From: Botryllus schlosseri
Lineage: Eukaryota
Length of the DNA: 64,000 bases
Direction: 5' to 3'
NCBI GenBank assembly: GCA_051294905.1
Contig: CM119372.1
Span: 1,860,001-1,924,000 of the forward strand
The translations under genes were made by a program, and so were the position numbers. Positions 11,201-26,200 of this stretch are shown one piece after another. Each line of letters starts with the position of its first letter. Position 1 is the stretch's first letter. The notes under the pieces were generated by a model. That model was not told the DNA's origin. It ran no database searches and worked only from the letters and a program-made list of their open reading frames with translations.

Positions 11201-14200
11201 CTGAGAGACCGAGAGGAAGGATTGCATACAAAGCAACGACAGTCCTAATAACCGTAAGACTCTGTAGCATTGTAGCAAGCAAAGCCTGTTTCAGAATCTG
11301 TATGCCCCGTAATATTCTCTTTAACAAACTGGTACATAATTCTCCTCGCTGAAAACTAGATATACTAGCCTACACCTTAAATGTGACTAACCTACTCCGC
11401 CAATATGCTATATCGACATGGGATGCCTTTAGGAAACCCATCGCTTCAGAAAACAGTCCTTATCCGCGGCACGCATCCTGAAATATCGCTGGATGTATGT
11501 TTGTGTGGAACAATTTCGCAAATGTTTGCGTTGGCGATGAAATTTAATAAAGAAATCCAATTAAACGTCACATCCAACCATAAATAAACATACAACTCGA
11601 TTGTCCATCGCAAACAAGCCGACCCAATTTTTGACAAATTTATCTTACATCCTCGAATATGAGAAATGGACTGGACCGTTTCGCGCCAACAACACATTGC
11701 GTTATCTTATCATACATAAAGTATCTTCAAACATACTTCAACACCTGAGGTATAAGGTTACACTGTCAAATACGCAGAAGGACCTTCACGTATCAACGAA
11801 AAAACGGTGATAAAACAGTGTGTGTATTGGTGTATAGCGGTTGACATCGTTGCATTATGTCAGAAAACTTCAAGATAGATTTCAATAATATGATGCGATT
11901 GTTCAAATACAATGTTCTTTTCCATTCTCTATAGTTGCTTGCGAGTGACGATTACCCCTGGACGAGTGTCAGCCGAAAATATTCAGGTTTATTTCAATAT
12001 GAATGGGTCAATCAAATTGTATATTGAAGTTCCGTACCTCCACGAAGCTCTTTTAAATAATATATTTGTCACGTAAATATCTTAAAACTTGAATCCAGAA
12101 ACTGATTCAGGGAACTGTTTGTAATTTTAGCACAAATTCCGGGGCACAGAACTTCGTAAATACGTTAAAACCCGAAGGTTTATCAAGGAACTGTTTTTAA
12201 TATGAAGAATGACAATACCTTTTGGGGTACATAACTTCAAGATACATTTAAGTTTAAAATATATTCAGGGTTTCCATCGACACGAACCCAAAAATAAGGA
12301 CAGTCGAAAAATTAGATTGGCATTAAAAAGCGTTTTTGTACATACTGTGTAATTTATACGAGGCGTGGCATATCATTTTCCATACTTTCGCCAGAAAGAA
12401 TCGGCTCCAGCAACTCCTTGTTATCAGAAAGTGCTTCATTGATCTCGCGACCGCTCAGGTCTAGGTTTACCTTTACTCAGGGCCAAAACAGCACTTCGTC
12501 ACCCCCCCCAAAAAAAGCCATACGATGGTCTTGGGGCCCCATAGGGTGATAAACCAAACTTCTTCACCTCGCTGTGATTGGAGGCGTCAACCAATATGGG
12601 AAAAGAGTAAGACTGTACACCAAGTTCAGACAAAATCATTTTTGAGTGTATGGAGCAAGACCTCCAGTAACAATGCTTGTAGTCTTGGTCCTGACCGAAG
12701 CAAACTCCTTGCGATGTTAGAATCGGGGAATATTGCGATGTGCAATTGTTGGTGAGGAATGATTGCTGGCTTTTTGTCAGCATGGAATGTCCCAGGTATC
12801 CTCAGCAGCAGCTGACACACTTCCTGTGTTTTGGGGTATCAATATAAGTTGAAATAGCGGTCTTTTTCATATGGCCTCCAGGTCAATGTCACAATTGCAG
12901 ATATTGCAACACAGATACCAGAGGAAAATGATCGAAGTTCTGTAGTTGTTGAAAATAAGACAAAATAAGGACGCAACTCGAAAACATGGACATTTCTTAG
13001 AAATAAGGACAGTTGAGTTTTCTAAGACGTGGCTCTTCAAAATAAGGACAAATCTTAGAAATAAGGACGGTATGACAACCCTGAATATATTCAATATTCA
13101 TTATGCAAATAAAATATATCAAACCCAGGAGCTTTGAGTTTGAATATATTGACAAAACGAATATATTATTACAGTATCAAGGTTTTGTACCCCAAGACGT
13201 CTCTTAAAATGAAAAACAGTTCCCTGATTGCTAGGCGTGACAAAATGCGATGCAAATATATTAAAACAGGAAGCTTTGGGTTAAAATACGTTTACAAAAT
13301 GAATATATTAATAAACACGTTTTTAATTTATAGCCGTCTCGTTTACCTCGCATTGCAGAGCATGAATACGAACTTAATAAAACGCCCGAATATTACGCCC
13401 CATCCCGTTATATTTGAACGATTTAAATCATCATAGGCTAAATTTATTGCGAACGTCGCATTCCAGATCTTCCCGGTATAATGTAACGGCAAACAAAAAA
13501 TTCATCATGTTGTGGAATTCGTCATGATTCGACATATCAACATTTAACGGTCGAGCGGAAAAACGCTGAACAGATCATCCATCATAACTGCAGGCCCGAA
13601 ATGGTGAAATCACTAGTCTGTCACTGACACTTTTATTACGTGTGTTGTCACTAAAACGTGACATAATGTAACAGAAAATATCAATATCTGAAATATCTGT
13701 ACCACGGACTAGCTATTCAACGAAATCTGAGCGCGCGGAACTAAATTAATTCGTCATCAATTCACGGCAAGATTGCCAATATGCAATGTTCTTTCCAATT
13801 CTCTACAAGTTGCCGACGATTACGCCTGACAAGTGTTAGCTGAAATTTTTTCAAGATCATTATATTATCCAATTGTATATTTGAGTCCTCTGTACCTCCA
13901 AGAAACTCTTCAGGTGTAGCCTAATATTGAAGATTCAGCGATAACATACAACCACGATCGTTCACAATAACTACCTCGGCTATAATGAAAGTATGAACTA
14001 CTTTGAGTGTACAATACAAGATGACTCCCCTTGCGTTCCAACGTAAACTATTGCACTATCTGATGATAATTAATAGAACCAAAAGCAAATCTGGCTTACA
14101 TAGCCTTCATTCATGGTGCTATCCACGCATCGCTCAACGTTCCAGCTAGATAAATCTGCCGCGCGTAATACGGGATGACCTTACTTATGTTATCTTAGCA

Positions 14201-17200
14201 GCTGCCCGCATTACACAGCGCGCTCAAATGGATTTGACTCAAACCCATGGGTGAAGGATCGGTATTTACCAAATTCTATCTCTGCCCTATTGCCACTAGT
14301 TTCTCTACGATTACGGCGTTCTATACGTCAGCAATTACGCGGTTATCTTCTCAAGCTGAGCGAATGCGTTGAAGGAAGGCGAAGAGATGACTAACTCTAA
14401 CCATCTAGCATTCTAGCTAATAACTGAAATATAGACTCGACTCGTATTTCCTCTAAATATTGTCGACCAGCTTCTTTGAGGTACAGAATCTATACAATTG
14501 AATAATATATTCATATTGAAATAAACTCGAATATGTTCCGCTGACCCTCGTCATAGTAGAGATTTGGAAAGAACATTGTACATTACCAATGTCGAATGTC
14601 GCTGGTAGAATACAGCAACGTTACGATCAATTGTCCCTTCTGAAATAGAATTTCTGGCCAAAGAAATCGGTACCAACTTAACCGCACACCGCATCGTAAA
14701 TAAACTTTGAATTTTCCGGGCAATTATTAATTGCAAAGGCAAATTATCCTTAGCGCAATCGAGTGTTGGCTACGGCACTCGATCTCTTTGACCAGGAATC
14801 ACAATCTGGTTTATTTGCTTTGCGAGGTCAACTTTCGATTTCCTGTCCAATTTCAACGTTCGATATGGTATCCAAATAGAGCCACGCCCGCCAATAGTCA
14901 CAAAACGCCAAAATCAGTTAAAAGCTATTCTTGTAATTTTTAGGAAGACTGAACTGGCCCTAATGCCCTTCACGTGGGTATTTGTAATCGTCTAGTTTCA
15001 GGCCACATTATTAGCGAAAAGTGTGTGCAACTGTGCAATGTGCATTCACAATCACTATTTACACCGAAAAGGTGGTGCATGAAAACAGAACCCATCTTAG
15101 AATTACACCGCTGTATAAATCATTAATCAGAATGATGCTTGACAAATTAGAATAAGCACAAATGAAGTACGAAGAGAACCGTAGACACGTACGATTTAGA
15201 ATGCTTTACCACACTATGAATCAATCAGAACGGTCTCTTCTGCAAATGAACGATAAGAACTAAGCTGGCGATTAGATATATACAAAAATAAAACACCAAT
15301 TGATAATGACGATTTGCTCAAACCGTGCAATAATTTATTGAAACACACAAATAAGGAAACCTTCAGTCGCTATCAGGTGGGTTAAAATATTCGACCGATC
15401 GATACCTCGTTGAACGGTGTTTCTGAATTCTGTGGGAATTATATCCGGTCAACTACTTACTACGGGATTCTCCCAAGTTCTAACACTCTTTGAAATAGGC
15501 TTGCTCGAAGTCTACATTTACGGTGGACAATTATATAGAGAGATGATATAATTGGCAGTCGCGCAACGTATATCTGAGCACATACACTGGATACCTTGCA
15601 CGGTGTGAGACACCAATGTAATGGTACTGAGAGAATAAGTCACTAGACAAAATTATTTTTAAAGGCACTAAGCAGCAAATCTACACCAAACCTGATCAAT
15701 CTTCCCAACAAGTTTCATTCAAGACCTCCAATAAGCAAACCCGTCTAAGATTGCGCGGTCTGATACTATACTTGTACAATATGCGGTGCTGGTGTGTGCA
15801 GTTATATTCCTGGAGTCCACATAACATACGATGATACGTTACTACATTGTGCCGTCATCAAATCATGCTGCTTCAAAACATCGCAAATCCGCTTTATAGT
15901 ATTTCAATTGTGGTTTAACTTGCTTTACCCACTGTGAGAGTGCCTTTTCGCACAATAAGTATACGACGCAGAACTTCTATTACACTGAAACATGTTTGAA
16001 TCACTTTCTTCATTCCAATATCGGGGCCTGCAATTAGTTATCACCTGCAGCGTACAAATGGAGAAAGAAAACCGCATCGACGCACGTTATAAACCTCGGT
16101 GAGGTTTATGACACCGCTAAATACATGTAATGTACAAATTGCACATTGATTCCACCATACTTGAGAGAGAAATGACCTCAGAATCGATGTCGTACGGGTC
16201 GTTACCTAAATACGCTATTGTCATAACGGCTCCATCCGTATGATTTCAATATTGATGGACCAGGCATAGAAATTACACGATGGCGGAACGAATGAAGATA
16301 TAGAATAGTCTATATTCATATTGAAAAATACGAATATTTTCGGCTGAAACTCATCACGGGTCAGCAACTAGTAGTGAAGTGACTCTTTTCAATTCTCTAC
16401 TATAGTTGCAGGCGATTACCCCTGACGAGTGTCCGGCGAAAAAATACATTATTCAGTTGTATACTGGGGTTTTGTAATTCCGAAGGTCTTTTAATTAAAC
16501 AACGCCGATCGACGCCCTCAAATAAAAAAAACTTCAATGTCTTAGGGATAAACACACGGCTCGTTATGAATAACTCCTCACTTCGACCTCGACGAACTTT
16601 ATGAATGGAAATTTTTAACAGGCAATGTCCGCGGGAGTAAAAACAATGGGAGGTATTTACAGAACTTGGGAGTCTACAAAGCGTCAAGCCTGTTACGAGA
16701 TTGACATTGCGGGTCACAGACCGCGAGGTATAGTCTGAATTCGCTATTTGATATCAATAATTACACCGATCTATTGATTTGGCAGAGTGGCAAATTGGGG
16801 GTTATTCACCGTAAATCCACGGGCGGAAAATAGGCGTATCATCAGACTTCCATCATAGCGCAAGCTGTAAACCACGTAATACCACTTTCAAATACCACAT
16901 GCGTCCATGGGTGAAAATGAGTCAAATACACCAACTAACCCTTACGGAGATATATAGCATACGATGTACATTGCACACTAACAACCTTGACTCTCTACGT
17001 TCAAACCCAATACCACTAAATAATATCAAGATTTACGCAGATCACAGAGCTCCAACCGGTAATGTCGAAGGCAAATAGCAGTAATACAACCAATAGGAAA
17101 GTAAAACTTCAATTCTACACTAGATTACAGTGCTATACCTAAACACGGTCAATGACGCTCTTTGCTCGGTCGAAAATTAACGATGGTCAGTATTCAGGAC

Positions 17201-20200
17201 AGCGTTATTATAACATGCTCGATATATCATAAAAATACCTGCAAACCGCAAAACGAATACGTAGCCTGTAGAATTTAAAGACGAAATGCTTTATTACAAA
17301 AAACACACACACCTGCAGCATAACAAAATGAACTAATCAAACATAACTTGTTACTAGGTATTGTAGGTATGCTCTCAATCGTGATATATATCCAGTCAAC
17401 ACTCTGTTATTCGCGCAACGTAAACGTTTATCGCCTACACTCCAAAACGCGGAGATACTGTGGAATTTCCAGGGCGTGCTGGCGCATCGAAGTTACACTC
17501 GATGGTACACAACTTATCCACATGAAAGAGAACGTCTTCAAAGGAGACGTGGTTTTCTGAGTCAACTGTGTGCCGAGGCCGGCGAAAATACGCAACAGAA
17601 AAAGCGGTGACGTCCGTTTGGACTCTTTGAAATTGGTCAGTTCCCGTTACGCATAAAACAAATGTGTTGACAAGCTTTGATGAGCCGCTTACGGACGATG
17701 CTAACGAGAATGTGACGTTTGCAAGTGTAAACACACACCGAGCGAAGAGGTGATTAACTATAACAAATGTGTACTGCGCCTGTCAGTAGGCCTACATGCC
17801 ACACAACTACAGGCTACTCGGGGATTGAGGCTGCACTTGATACCAGGGATGGACTTCTACCTACCAATGCAGTTAGTTGATGGTCAACTAACTGCTATCG
17901 TTTTAGCAGTTCTAGTTGCTAGTTTTGAAAAGTGAGTAGTTCTAGTCCTAGTTGCGTATCGTGAAGAGCCAGTAGTTCTAATTCTACCGGCGTATTTTGT
18001 AAAGTGAGTAGTTCTAGGGTTCCAGTTCTAGTTTTCGAAAGTGAAAAGTTCTAGTTCTAGTTGAATATTTTGTAAAGTGAGTACCGGTAGTTCTAGTTGC
18101 GAATTTTGAAAAGCGAGTAGCTCCACTTCTAATTCTATAGTTGCGTATTTGGAAAGTTCAGTATAGTTTGTACAAGTCGGACTGGAGTGGGGATAAATTT
18201 ATTACCCGAGTGATTCGAGTCTGAACATTCTAAATATTCCGAGTATTAAGCTTCCGAGTCGAGTCAAGTATTAGAGCGTCACTCGTTATGAAATCGCAAG
18301 AGTTTGGACAGTGTGGAAAAGTTCGAATATGTACCAATTATGCGATCACAAAGAAAACAATGCCAGTTCTACAATGTACAATGAATGCCGCGTGTAATAA
18401 TGCCGCGTGTTAATATAACGTCTCGGAAGCACTACTAATTTCGGATGCTGCAATATGACCAATTGATGTTTTCTAGCCTGGTTTAGAGTGATCACTACGA
18501 TTATACAATAAGAATTGAGAAATTAAAGACTCCAAAAGCTGGATTACATTATATTTTACGACCGATTCTAACAAAAATTGTTTCTCTGAAATATACTACA
18601 GCTCGATTTGCTGAAGCATTCCTAGTTATTAAAACACCCTTTATTCCGTTCTACAATATATTTGATGACACTTAGTTTGACGGTCTTGGTTTCCACACAT
18701 TCAACATCAAGGATTTTCCCCAAAAGGGTAAATATTGAATTATGTTCAAACGTGCTTAACACTATTTGAATACGACTACCCCCTTGACCCTCTCGAACGT
18801 GTCGATCCCTATCCGGCTTCTTTGAAGGAACACAAATAAGATTCGACAGTGAATGGGGGGCTAAAGATCAATGTAAAATTCGCAATACCGCAACATCTAC
18901 TGGGACACTTGTGAAACAAAACGTTTTGAAGTCTCGCATTTTAAATAAGATACGATACTGTAACAATACGAAGGCGGTCCTCAGTAATGGGTACAAGAAA
19001 TCTCTGTAAATGCGTATTTTGGGCAATTCTCACAAACGATTGAGAAATTCACTTTTCCGAACCAACTATTAATGAGTGTCAATGCTCAATGGTGTATGGG
19101 AAATAGGGCTGTTCAAAAATAACTTTTTGTCAAATTTTACTGCATATCCTACGTACTTGTGAAGTTGTCTAATAAAACGATACACAGCAAATTGGACTCA
19201 ATTCCAACAGCAGTTACTGGAGTTGAAAATCTTGGATTAGAAAAAAAGGTATTTATTGAGGTAATCCCAATTAAAAACTTCGACGGGCAGGAATTGAGTC
19301 AAATTTGTTTCGCATGGTTTTGTAAACAACTTAACGATGTCGTGGGTACCGAGTAAAATTTTGAAATAAATCCAACTATCATAGTTTCACTTCTACCCGT
19401 TGGAATTGAGCCAAATTTGGTGTGCAGCATCTCTTTTTCAACTCAACGATTTTAGCTAATAGCCGCAAAAATTTGAAAAAAGTTTTTTTTCGAACAACCC
19501 GAATGAACGACCAAAAAGTGGCTGATTGAAAGAATTGACGATTGACGTTACGTGAAAATATACAATTGAATAGTATATCGGTCGTAGCTCGTAGGCCTCG
19601 AATATATTCATATTGAAACAAACCCGAATATTTTCGGCTGACGCTCGTCAGGTGTAATCTTCAGCAACTAGTAGAGAAGTGGAAGGAACATTGTATATCA
19701 ACAATCGTATCACAAAATATGAAGTCACTAGCAAGAAATTTCGAATAATCGAGACGCAGACAGCCTACATTACTTTGTTTAATGTGAAAATACAATTATA
19801 ACATTCGTTTCGCTGATGTTACCAAAAATTACCTTTGCCCAATGCCCTCAATGTGGTGTTGATGTGAGGTGAGTTGACATCACACGCAGAGACGGGACAT
19901 TAGTGGAAATGGTATTTCTGTAAGTTGCGGTCAATCCACAGCACTGTCACAAAGTATAGTGGAAATAAGTATATGGTCCACAAATACCAAGTTACCTTTA
20001 TCCGGTGTAGAGCTGGCAATAATTTATTTGTGGTCGCATGAAAAGAACTTATTTGAACTTTTCATATCATCCATACTCGTATGACATCGAAAGCAACATT
20101 TGTATACTAGACTAAACGCTTAATTCGAGATTCGGCGTACAGTCACTGAGGCCCTATCACTGCCCCCTCTTAACATCTTGCTGTCTCATTTTGCACCCAA

Positions 20201-23200
20201 GCAGAACCTACCAGGTGGCATTATACGGAGCATTCCAGAGGATGATTGAAGACGACTGCTATTTACAGAAACAGCTAAATTTAAACGATCCGCAGATAAA
20301 AGCAACACTCAAGGTACGTTCACACGATCGCCACTTTATCTCCGTCGATTATCAGTTCGGTTGTGTTGGATCATACGATCGCGGGTATTTTGGGGCAAAA
20401 CACAGACCCGTGAAAGTGTAATTGCCTGATAATTATTTAGATAACGGTCACTGATCACAAGGTATTTGTGATTAATAGTTACGGGCATTCATTTTATGCC
20501 GGTAATTCTAAGCGAACAGTGCGCTCAGAATGAGCAATCCTTTAAAGGCGTAGACGTGATCAAAGTAGCCATCGTTACTACTTGAGTAAAAGTAGAAGTA
20601 TGTCATATAATCCTGCTCAAGTACGACTAGCAGTAGCGATTTACAAGGAAGTAAAACCTATGTCCGTAAGTTTCAACATTTATGCAGATGTGGTCAATAG
20701 GACTCTTCCCCATTTTTTTTTATTCTAATGTAATTTGGAAAAATCTGTCAAGCTATAATTATAATCGAATTTGAAAAAAACACTGTAGCTTCAATTCGAA
20801 TTCTGGTTTAATTTGAAAACAACTGCACGACAATAATTCTTCTTCTAATCTAATTTAGAAAAGCTGAAAATTTTCTGCGTTTTAATTCTTGTTTAACTTC
20901 GAGCTCTCCTTAAAAGGCTACAGCAGAACTATGCAGTGCAAAACGAGCCTATCCAGGTGTACAGACATTTGCTATACTCACAATTATGAAAATGAACTCT
21001 GTTTGATACGAACTGAACGTGATTTTTTGTTGTATTTCTTTCTAATTCGAAATGTAAATCAATTTCCTAGTTGTGCGAATTCAGTCATTCTCAGTCTGAT
21101 CTAATTTGAAAAAGTGGAAAATTTTCTAGGTGTTCGACTCCGCGCGGAGTTTTATATAATCCAGACCAGAAATTCCTTCCCTAACGTACAGTCGCACGTC
21201 TTCGGATCGCACCTCTTTTCGAGCACTAGCGATTATTCGCGGATGAAATCTGAAAATTCTAGCTTTAGCTTCCTGTTCGTCTCACTCTTGAAGACGTCTC
21301 ACGGAATAAACGACATTCCGAGTAACGAACTTCCTCGCCCATCTGCTTTCGTAACGCAAGTAACGGTTACCCGCCGTAATTGCCATTTACCTTCCACAAA
21401 ACCTTAAACCAACGCCAAGCAGCCGACTTGATAAGAAACCTACCAATTACGCGAACCACAATTTCGCACGGCGCGGTATTAAATCAAGTCCTTTCCTCTA
21501 ACAATATCGCGTCGTCGACAGAGGTTTAAGTACAAAGCAAGTACCGTTGCGGAGGATTCGATGCATGACTCATTTCCATACACTGAAACGAAGTTTTATC
21601 GCAGAGATAAAAACGCTGTTTACTGTTACAGAATCTGAAGAGCTTCTTGGAGGTGCAGAACTTCTATATACAATTGAATAATATATTCGTATTGAAATAA
21701 ACCCGAATATTTCCGGACGTCACCCGTCAGGGGTAATCGTCAGCGACTAGTAGTTAAGCGGAAAGAACTTTGTACAGAATAACGTGGAGTGTGCGTCTCT
21801 ACTGCCGGTCTTCACACATTCGTGAAGTCACCAGCTGACTCAGTACCAAATTCGACAGCTTTCCCAAATAAAATTAGAATTACAGCTAGACATTTCTTTG
21901 AAAATTAGAATTAGAAATTCTAAACCCGCAAAAACTTGGAAATTGAATTGAATTCCGTATAAGAAGGGAATACAACAGAAATCATATCAAATCATTTATC
22001 GAGACCATAAATCAGATTAGAATTAACACTATTGAATAGAAAAATTTCACAAAGTACATTACCTGCCTTTTAATTGGTCTAAATATTAAACTAGAATTAT
22101 TTAGTCTTGTTGGCTCATTATACATTCCGATACGGCTGACGATTAGTACATCTCAACTTGCAGAGAACGGAAATCCTCCATTCTTGATGACCTGTTTAAA
22201 TTTCTCCTCCACCTTCGATTACACAGACTATCAAGTTTTCGTCTTTCAATACATCAACAGAGATCAATCATAACCTATCTTTAATTACTTCTCACAGACC
22301 TCGCGGCGTCGGTTACATACATTTTCGAGGCGTATTGCGTACCGCGTTAACAGCGACGAATGAGCGGTGTTGAAAAGAGATGATATTAGCGATATCAATC
22401 ATGTTACGGGAGAACACTGTAATAAGTTCGAGAGAATAGAAATCGTCAGCGCTTTGATTCTAACTGGCGTATACGATCACGGTCGGACTGGACACAAGGA
22501 CACAAGTACTCGAACCAAATTGAGTATTAAATGTCGCGATTCGAGCAGTGAGACACGATTTTACGAGTACAGAAATTATACGCCCCTATCTACGAACAGC
22601 TGCATTATCAACGAGAATTATACTTTTATACCACCACGGAGGCATCGAGATCTCAATTGGTCGTATCGCAGCATACGAAACACACGTACAACGCTATGCA
22701 CGTTAGCGGAAATGACATTTCTGTCAAGTCGCGGATCAACCCACATCATTGTCAGTTTCGTCACAAGTTCAACGGAGCGGGTATGGTAGAAAAATTATCA
22801 AAATTATCTTCATGTGGTGTAGATTCAGTGGTTCTCGACCACCGGCCCGCGGACAGGTGCTGGTCCAAGTTTCCTACCGGTCCGCCAGATATTTTACAAC
22901 TCAATTCTTAGGTGTAAGAAATGGTGTGCTTGTCCATCTTTTTAGAGAAATAAAACATCAAAATTTATATTCGTGTAGCAGTGTGGAACGTCTTTTGGCA
23001 TGGTGTCACAATATAGAGTTCATGGTCTACTTTGGGCACGCGTCACAATGGTACACGTGTAAAAATAAACTGTCATAAAGTAGCCTACAACTCGTTTCGG
23101 ACAAGGTATATGGGGAAGCTACGGAGTCTTTCAAACAACTTCAATAAGCAACTATTCGCAGTATAATAAAGTCTATTGCAAATACAAAAGTAACATTTCT

Positions 23201-26200
23201 TTTGAACGACACCGAACAATCACCAGTTAGTGATCTTCAACAAGACTTCGCGAACTTCGCATTGCAGAAACTTCAATAGAACCACCTATAAATATTTGTT
23301 ATCAAAAAGGCATCATGAAATGGAGTTTCCAATATTACACTCACATTGTCGTAGTTAAATTTTGGGTGAATTTTAGTTTTTGAAGATTCACCGGTCCGCA
23401 AGATTTGTTTTGAAGTTTTACTGGTCCGTGAGTACATAAGGTTGAGAACCGCTGAAGAGCGATACACAACAGCATTGTTTCACAATAAACGAAGACCAAG
23501 ACCACGTATAATATGTTACCGGTACTGCATGTAAACAATACATCACAACTGCACTTGGTACATCGCGCATCCGAAGCTGCCGTAAACAGTTGGTTGAATA
23601 ATTGAGAATTAAAACGTCTCGTATCTAAGTCACTAGACCAATGTCAGCAAGTCGTATGTAATTACGTCTAATCCTACTCATAAAATATCTTATCACATTC
23701 GCAGCACATCCGCAATGCTTAATTACAACGCCAAGCGGAACCCTTTAACCTGCTGTAAAGCAGACCGATTCAACGCCCGAAGCCATGAAGATAATTTCGA
23801 CAATTCGCGCCTCCATCAGCACCTCAAAAATAAGTCTCAAGTGTGAAACGCAAACTGTAACTTCAACTGCTTACCGAAAGCAAGCTTATCCTATTAAGCG
23901 TGCTGTGCGGTTTTTCATTCAGTGCCTCATTCAACGACAGACGCAATTAACACCCCACTCGTTGCTACTGCGCGAGGTTATTAAATCTAGAAACACGACT
24001 ATTTACCCGACTCGGACAACTATAGATAAATCTAGTTGTCAAATTAGACTAATTGGAGCCAATGGTTCTCAACTTTTTGAAAAAATGTGTAGCTATAATT
24101 CCAAATCTAGTCTAGTTTACAAAAGCTAAAAATGTTCCAGTAGTCCAAGTCTGCTATTTACTGCGTTTGAAGTGTTGTATAAGACTTAGGTCATATCGGA
24201 ATCCGGATGATGTTGATGGTTGGTCTGACGCATTTACATACATGAACCTCGAATGAACTGTTGTAAAGGAGTGTGAAAATTACCGTGGGCGATTATTGTG
24301 GCGAAAACGCCTCGTTTACGCTCGTATGTGGAACGAAACCGAATGAGTTTTACAACTAAGAACCGCAATGTCCCTTGTCATATTATGCTCGTGCTGGAAT
24401 CAAGCATAAGAAGGTACCCCTTATTTCACATTGTTCGGTGACTGCATTGCTCCTTATTACTGGCGCACAATATGAACTATATGCACTCGATATGTGTAAA
24501 GTGCAATCTCCCAGGAAAGCGATCACCGTCTCAACCACAAACTCGTTCGAACTTCGTTGGAATTGTATCTACTGTTGATGACATGTGGCGAAATCGCGTG
24601 CCACGCGTCAGTGTTGAATTGAGTGAGGTACCGACAAGGTAGCGTAATGGCGGAGTGTCCGTTTTTCTTTATCAGTGGGTCGTGGGTTCAATCTCCGGCT
24701 GGGTCAGACCAAAGACCTGCTTAGAACAAGCACTGACATCCATAACTTTCCCCTTGGCGCTTAGTATTATCGGGATAGCGTGGCAAGGTGGTGCAAGACT
24801 TGGAAAGACTTAGAATTCCTTCCAGCGGCATATGCATATCCTGTACTTATTGTATGTATATAGTATATGCCATGCAGTTATGCCCAGATGCTGTGAGTGT
24901 ATGTATATCACGGGTCGGTGTATATGCCGCAAAAACATCACGGATAAAAATACAGTTATTCCACAAAATACGCCGCAAAGTATAGTCACCCAAGTTTTTA
25001 CGTAATAGCTGGCGAACACAGTGCGCATTAACAACAGTGCTAAAAGAACAAAACCAGTTAACTATCATTTTCATACAAAAAAGATTATAATGAATATTCA
25101 TTGAAAATTAATGACACTTGTGCTGTAAGAGTCGTGTGCGTGTCTTGACCACCAGATAACCCCCGAGACTAGCCAGTAAACCCCGGTTCAAAACCACTAA
25201 CATGGCAGCATTCTTACCCAGAGAAAGGAACGACAACGTCTTGAAGATTCCTTGAAAATCCATGTCTTCAAGCATAATCCGCGAGGTACATTTATTGCAT
25301 GTAGATTGTATATCCTCTCCGATTTAGAAGTTCATTATTATACTCGAACGAATTAGAAAGCACTAGCATATATTACGATCTGGAAATGCCGGCGAGATCA
25401 TACAAATTTTGAGAATCCCCACACTTCACACTATATGCGTTGGATAGTTCCGTAAGTTAGATGTCATGTCTCGTATCAATATTGGCCGGTATCAATCGTA
25501 AGCTGCAACATAGCAAAAATTGGCATTGTATCTGTGATGATCGTAACTGGCAAAAGCATTCAGGAAGTAAGTATCGCCTGCAACAGTTCATACTCTCGAT
25601 ATCGTCAAGTTCATTGCGCAAACGATATTGGGATCATTAACACAGCCACTACTCAACTAGTCCGTCAACCTTGAGCATACACTATAAATAATACCGGCTA
25701 GATTTAGGTGTATTCACGGGATTTACATCATAGCGTATAGGGGGCTAATCTGGTATAGTGTTTTCCTGATGATTGAGGACAAGGTCAAGGCACAGCATGT
25801 CCATTGCCCATTTACCGCGAACATTAGGCGCATGTATTGGGGCTCATAGATGCGGTATCTTGTGCTGTATCGGACTCTCTAGGGGTGTTCAAAAATGACT
25901 TTTTTTTTTCTCAAATTGTACTGGCTACTTGATTAAATGTTTATTATAAGTGTGCCCACCGTAAATACTATTTTATTAAAATCCAAATTTTCCGACGGCA
26001 ATAACTCCACTCCCACTGGTTGGAATTGAGCCAAATTTGGTGAACATCGTTTCTATAGACAGCCTAACACTTTCATGGGGTGAACAAGAAATTTCGAATT
26101 CTTTATTCATTTATTTTTATATAATAAACAGAAACTTTCTTCTCCTGTAGCAATGTAGCTACTGGCTGGAATTGAACAAAATTTGGTGTGTAGGCTTAAA

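Noticed and set aside
17401-17750. GC-richer segment with several 70-100 aa ORFs
   Set aside because: No recognisable domain in any frame and no consistent splice signals
24631-24700. tRNA gene
   Set aside because: A/B boxes are present but there is no acceptor or anticodon stem, and it continues into a SINE body
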